From an uncultured virus (IMG/VR IMGVR_UViG_3300025530_000412) (lineage: Duplodnaviria; Heunggongvirae; Uroviricota; Caudoviricetes), in IMG/VR virus record IMGVR_UViG_3300025530_000412: a DNA stretch of 64,000 nucleotides. One strand, 5' to 3'. Below are positions 58,638 to 64,000 of this stretch, one piece after another; the stretch's first letter is position 1, and the number at the start of each line of letters is the position of its first letter. Position numbers and translations under genes: made by a program. The notes beneath the pieces are model-generated. The model was not told the origin of the DNA and searched no databases. It saw only the letters and a list, made by a program, of their open reading frames with translations.

Positions 58638-58983
58638 ACAATTGACCCGTGATGAGATTTTGGTGATGAAGCCGGGGCGCGAGTTGGATGCGCTGGTGGC
58701 GGAAAAGACGATGGGACAACGGTTTCGTAGCGAATGGCATAAGTTGCACAATGATACGATAGCTTGCTATTCCACCGACATAGCCGCAGCGTTTGAAGTC
58801 GAAACAAAAGCAATCGAGAATGACCCCTCTATGTATGTTCACGCACTTGCATCTGTGGTTTTCGGATATAACCAAGTACAAGACATATCGGACATTCGAA
58901 AAATGTGCATGTTGATCCACGCCACACCGGAACAACGATGCAAAGCGGCTCTACTGGCGGTGATGGACAATGAAACCAATTGA
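58630..58983 (+). CDS. Phage ABA-sandwich-like domain protein
   Basis: GRELDALVAEK, YSTDIAAAFEV, CKAALLAV. Confidence 0.65.
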   Translation: MTEQLTRDEILVMKPGRELDALVAEKTMGQRFRSEWHKLHNDTIACYSTDIAAAFEVETKAIENDPSMYVHALASVVFGYNQVQDISDIRKMCMLIHATPEQRCKAALLAVMDNETN

Positions 58984-59717
58984 CCAGTATCGCTACAAAT
59001 GGAAATATCGCGACGAGGAAAGACCGGAAGGTTATTGTTATGATTGTCGGATGAAATATAATGAATTTCCTGATTTTATGATTCCAGATGAATTATGGGA
59101 AAAGATTAATCCTACTTATCATGAAGGTGCTGGTTTATTATGTCCAACATGTATTGCCAATCGGTTGAATTTCTTAGGATTGTGGTATGAACCAGAACTA
59201 TTTAACTTGAAGGGTGATGTACGATGACTGACACCGAAAAGAAGATTGCGGAGATACGTCGTAAATCTGTTCAAGGGAAAATTGTGCAGGTGCAAGCAGG
59301 AACGGTACATGAATTACTATCTGATATTCGTTTCCTCCTCTCCGAACTGGAGAGGTTGGAACACGAATACGCCGAAGAACGGGAAAAGATGATTAAGGCA
59401 CTAAAATTTTACGCCAACGAAGACAACTGGCGGAGCACCAGATTTGTCGTTGGACGAGCAGAAGCAGACAGCGGGCAAACAGCGCAGGACGTTTTGAAGA
59501 AAATCGGGGTGACGGTGTATGAACGGATATGAATATGCTAAGTTTGTCTCCCGAGTCTGCCGGGAGCTTGAAGCAGAAATCGGCGTAACCCCCGTGCTTG
59601 GATGTGTACACAGAAATTGGAATGTTCTAAAGGGATGGCATGTTGTATTGTGCCATCCAGAAGATCAGGACAAAACGGATGAAACTCATTTTAAGCATCC
59701 GTACAGGGATATTTGAA

Positions 59718-59732
59718 GGGGGGGGGGGGGGG
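59718..59732. repeat. G15 homopolymer at an RBS position
   Basis: Between TGA 59714-59716 and ATG 59739. Confidence 0.85.
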
Positions 59733-60194
59733 CGACCAATGACCTGCCAATACCCATCCTGCAGCGCACCGAAGGCTGGAGCAGAAGTGTTACTGGTTGA
59801 ACTCGACCGCGAACGCGAGGAAAGCCGTAAACTGCGGGAGGAACTAGCCAAAGAAAAATATGCTAATTCAATCATTGAAATGGATCGTGATAACTGGATT
59901 AGTGATTATAGCGAATTGCTAAAAGAACTCCAATCTGCACAGCAGGAGATCGAGCGGTTGCGGGAGGAACGAGACAAGCTGATCGAGGGGTTGCGGTGGT
60001 ATGGGGATAGGGAAACATACGATGGGAACGTTGAATGGGATGATGATGGAAATATTATTCGTGCAGAATGGCCGCCCATTAACGTTGACAACGGCCAACG
60101 CGCCCGTAACATCCTACGCGAAATCGGTGTTACAGAAGATTATAATACAAAATTATAAAAATAAAATATTGACAATCCGAAAGATTGTGATAGA

Positions 60195-60575
60195 ATGAAT
60201 CGCAAACACATAAGAAGAATCCAGTTATGCTTGCAATATGCTAAAAGAAGTAAAGTACCACATTACAAACACTGTGCAATTCTTGTTAAAGGAAATAAAA
60301 TATTGTCTATTGGCATTAATAAAATGAAAGCTGGTTGTCTTGGTCATCCTTTGTATGAATATAAGGGATGGCATTCTGAATTGGATTGCTTACATAAACT
60401 TTCATTAGAAGAAGTGAAAGGGGCAATTTTATATGTAGCTGGATTATCAAAAGGAGGAAATATAGTAACTTCAAAACCATGTAAATATTGTCAACAATAT
60501 CTTAATCAATTTGATTTGAAAGCAATATACTATTCACTACCAAATGGTGAATATGGAATAATGAAAATATCATAA
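60195..60575 (+). CDS. Cytidine/dCMP deaminase-family protein
   Basis: HCAILV...GIN, HSE, SKPCKYC Zn motif. Confidence 0.8.
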   Translation: MNRKHIRRIQLCLQYAKRSKVPHYKHCAILVKGNKILSIGINKMKAGCLGHPLYEYKGWHSELDCLHKLSLEEVKGAILYVAGLSKGGNIVTSKPCKYCQQYLNQFDLKAIYYSLPNGEYGIMKIS

Positions 60576-60869
60576 CAGGTGATCAACATGACAAAAAAAT
60601 ATGTTTTACATTATTATAATTTAGAAACTGATGATAAAATATGTTTTGAAAGTGAAGATCCAATACAAGTAGAAAATGAAGCAATAAGACGAAGTATGAG
60701 CGATAATGGTAAATATACATATAGAATGGAAACATGGGAAAATGGAAAAATGATTGGTGAATGGAGATTCTTTCAAAATGGTAGAGAGTTTACAATGGAT
60801 ATAATTCGTTCGGTAGTGAATTAAAAATAAAATATAAAGGAAGATATAAAATGAAATTTGTTTATTATG

Positions 60870-60913
60870 ATCCTGTCGCCTAACACCCGTGACTTTAATC
60901 GTGAGAGGTTCAA
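60870..60913 (+). mobile_element. Single-hairpin IS605-type mini element
   Basis: Starts ATCCTGTC like the left end at 25085; one hairpin; ends GAGGTTCAA. Confidence 0.5.
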
Positions 60914-62912
60914 ACTTCCCGAAGGCACATTTCCTTGGGTAAAAATGTGGGATTATGGCGATTTAGGTTTAAGTATTTTTGTTATGCCATGTGTAGAACA
61001 ATTAAAAACATGTTTTAACAGAAATATGTGAAGAGATGTTTAAAATAAAATATATTAGTATTTACAGATAGTGAAGGAATAATTATTAATTTAATTGATG
61101 ACATATTAAACATTTTGAAAAATTTTATAATGAAAAGGTTATTTAAACTAAAGAAACGAGGCATAAAAATGAAAAATAAAAAATACAAAAATTTTGTCTA
61201 TAGGCATCAAACAGTATATGCTCCATATCCATATAATATGAGTTATAATCCATCAAGATATTATCCTGTCAAATTTTCAACCGATTTTATGTCGGATGAA
61301 GAAATTGAAGCAATGTCTGGTGAAGTGAAAATTTATAAATTACATAATGATGAAATAAATAAATAAATAAAGGAGTAAAGTATGAATAATATAAATGAAG
61401 AACTACGGAAATTGATGTTTACATACATTGATTATCAAGAGAAGTTATACGAAGAAATTGAAGAAGCAAAACGTGATGGAGATGTAAATGGTGAATTAAC
61501 AGGAGAAGCTATGTATAAAGCAATGAGTTTTGCTATTGCTAAATTGTTTCAAACTATGAAAACAATTGGCATATTGGATGAGGAAGAAATTGAGTTTGGA
61601 TCTGTAAAATTAATTCAATAAAAAATTTGGATAAAACACATGTTTTAACGGAAAAGAAAGGTAGTGAATATTTGTGTCTGACAAACAATTTTATGTAATA
61701 TCTGGTCGAATGAATTTTGGGCTAAATGATTTTTCAAAACATAAAAACGGAGTATTCATTATTTTTGACTCCAGAGATTATCAATCAGAAGGTGATCCCT
61801 TTCCCGAAAATAATATAATAATTTATAAAATGAAAGATGTAGAATATGAATCATTTCAAAACTATAAAAATATTGTTGGTGAATATGAAGCAAAGAAAAC
61901 TTTTAGTGTAATTCCTTATGTGACAAATGAAATTAAAAAAAGAATTATATATAAATCAAGAAAAAAAGATAAAGTATTCATTGTAATAAAAGGGAGTAAA
62001 AGAAACAATAGCGAAGATACTAAATTATTTCCTGTTTTCGATGCTTTAAGGCAGTTATTTAATAACAAGAAAAAAGTTATGTATTTAACTTTTGATGGAT
62101 GGGATGAGTGTGAAAAATTAAACTTACTGTGGGGATTGAAATTTGAACCAGTTAATAATATTGAGTTACGAGACTATATTAGCAAATGTGTATTTAATAA
62201 ATAAAATACGTTGTTTTTAACGGAGTGATTAATATGGCAAGATTTACTCAATATATTGGTCTTTCTCCTCAAGGGCGTGAAATAGTCAAAGACGCAGAAT
62301 TAGTCACAACTTATGTTGGTGGAACTGGAATAGCTTTTGAACCAGTAGAATTTGGTGTGTACAAAAAAGATAAAACATTATTAATAGAAGTTTTACAAAA
62401 AGAAATTTGGTCATCAGGCCCAATGTATTTTACGTGTTTACTTGATCCAACAAATTACTCTTACCTTTTAGCAGAATGGACAGAAGAAGAAATTGATAAG
62501 TATTTTTAATAATAGTGATGATTAATAAATATTACAATAAAATTCAAATTTTAATTGTTGTTAATGAAAAAGGAAAGGGGAAAAGATATGGATAGATTAA
62601 TGGAGATTTTAAATAAACCTAATGTCAAACTTAAGGATGGAGAAATATTAATTCATATTGCTGATGATGAAATGACTGTTTTTAGTGTAGAGAAAGGAAG
62701 AATTTATAAAACTTCAGGAAGAAGGGACATGGTTATGATGTATCTCAATTATATCGCACACAAATAAATAAAAACTCTATTTTATCGGAGGAGGTATAAA
62801 TGTTTGTAATAGTATATTGCCAAGGTCGTTACATTTATTCGTTCCATGGCAAATGGAAAGTTTATGAGATTTCGGGGATAAAAGATATTAAATAGAAAAA
62901 GGAAGAATAAAC

Positions 62913-63422
62913 ATGATTTTTAAAAATACTAACGAATTATTTACCTATTTGAGTTGGTATTACGAACAAAATGGTGGAAAAGTTGATATCTCCACTTTTA
63001 ACATGTATCTTGGAATTTCAAAAGGAAAAGATTGGAGTTATAGATTTTATAATCCTGTTAGAGAGTTTATTAATAAAGTAAATAAAAATGATTTGAGATT
63101 AATTCTAGGAGTACCAGCATACATCGAATGCAAGCATAATTGCCTAGATTGTAAAATTAAATATAATGAAACAATTCAAAGACATATCGATACTATTAAC
63201 ATATTGAATTTAAACGTAAAAATACATCAAAACCTTCATCTGAAAATGTATAGAATCGGGGAGTTATACATATCTGGTGGAATTAACCTAAGTGCTTCAG
63301 ATTACTTGGATGCTTCTTTTATTATTAAAGATCAGGAACAAAAAGATTATTTAAAAAAAATGTTTGATGATACATGGAATTCTTGTCCAAATATTAATTT
63401 GGATAAACTAAAAATTGGCTAA
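62913..63422 (+). CDS. Phospholipase D-like nuclease domain protein
   Basis: LHLKMY....YISGGINLS (HxK..G.N), F...W. Confidence 0.65.
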   Translation: MIFKNTNELFTYLSWYYEQNGGKVDISTFNMYLGISKGKDWSYRFYNPVREFINKVNKNDLRLILGVPAYIECKHNCLDCKIKYNETIQRHIDTINILNLNVKIHQNLHLKMYRIGELYISGGINLSASDYLDASFIIKDQEQKDYLKKMFDDTWNSCPNINLDKLKIG

Positions 63423-63453
63423 TAAAAATAGTTACTTTAAGGAGGTAATAAAA

Positions 63454-64000
63454 ATGAATCTTGAGCAACAAATTAAAGATGTAATTACTCAAAAACTGCA
63501 AGATGGAACTGTTGAAAAATTAATTGCAGCAGAACTTGAAAAAGGCATAAAAAATGCATTGGAAAATCTATTCCGATCCTACGGTGATGTAACCAAAATC
63601 ATTGAAAATAAAATTAAATCTGTAATGGTTCCTTTCTTAGAGTCATACGATTACTCGGATTACATTATCAAATTGGATGCTGTATTAGTTGAAATCCTAA
63701 AAAATTCTACTTCGGAAAACAAGCTGTTACTACATAATTTTAAAGAATTAATGACGGTAGACGAAAAAGACAAAACGATTAAAGTCACTGAATTGTTTGA
63801 GAAGTGGGAAGAATATGTTGCAAATAATGTCAATACTGATGGTTTAGAAATTGATTATGATGATAAACCTACATACGAAACTGTTGAGGTTGGATTTAAA
63901 GTTGAATACGACTCTGATAGAGATTGGAGTTCGTTTGAGTATGCAACTCTTGTATTTGAATGCGATCAAGATGAAGAAATGAATTTTGCTGTAAGACTAT
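63454..64000 (+). CDS. Hypothetical protein, truncated by window end
   Basis: GGAGG + ATG 63454; open to the end. Confidence 0.6.
   Translation, partial: MNLEQQIKDVITQKLQDGTVEKLIAAELEKGIKNALENLFRSYGDVTKIIENKIKSVMVPFLESYDYSDYIIKLDAVLVEILKNSTSENKLLLHNFKELMTVDEKDKTIKVTELFEKWEEYVANNVNTDGLEIDYDDKPTYETVEVGFKVEYDSDRDWSSFEYATLVFECDQDEEMNFAVRL

Larger units (their letters stand above)
55560..60140 (+). other. GC-richer block of tightly coupled small phage ORFs
   Basis: Visibly more CG-rich codons; ATGA overlaps; no TAAAA-N6-TTTTA copies found; boundaries approximate. Confidence 0.75.
176..62784. repeat. Dispersed palindrome TAAAA-N6-TTTTA at accessory gene boundaries
   Basis: Exact copies start at 176, 3075, 6075, 6628, 6917, 7121, 13185, 13675, 14163, 17042, 17599, 27798, 28418, 29361, 30887, 31086, 33449, 33698, 34512, 35344, 36363, 48942, 61632, 62538, 62769; 1-mismatch copies at 6379, 7555, 7827, 7996, 15913, 16657, 17398, 18474, 30126, 31624, 33080, 36567. 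Confidence 0.9.

Noticed and set aside
1..64000. CRISPR array or cas genes
   Set aside because: No regularly spaced direct repeats; the palindromes are separated by whole genes, and TnpB has IS ends rather than an array.

Overview
AT-rich, almost entirely + strand segment of a large temperate SPbeta-like phage or prophage of a spore-forming Bacillales host. Family assignments come from motifs read by eye, not from database searches. Core content is a yopQ/yopR(MrpR)-like regulatory pair, a yorF-yorL-like replication block (SSB, AAA ATPase, helicase, primase, split DnaE, RecJ), nucleotide metabolism genes (tdk, dNMP kinase, nrdIEF, dut, thyA, RNase H, deaminase), two tRNAs, sporulation genes (spoIIID, yyaC), an SOS-boxed orphan mazF and DNA-modification genes. 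Long arrays of small accessory ORFs lie between these. The most striking unexplained structure is a palindrome, TAAAA-N6-TTTTA with a variable 6-bp core. It occurs at least 25 times exactly plus about 15 variants, almost always between a stop codon and the next RBS, so it divides the accessory arrays into mostly one-gene units, and I found none in the replication core. This resembles an integron-like cassette system with tyrosine-recombinase-type crossover sites. Second, an IS1341-type tnpB element is accompanied by two ~146-bp ORF-less derivatives that keep a covarying omegaRNA scaffold and two ~45-bp single-hairpin minis. The full tnpB element and one derivative are inserted exactly at the TTTAT arm of a palindrome. 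A GC-richer foreign block (~55.6-60.1 kb) and a candidate ~150-nt sRNA are also present.
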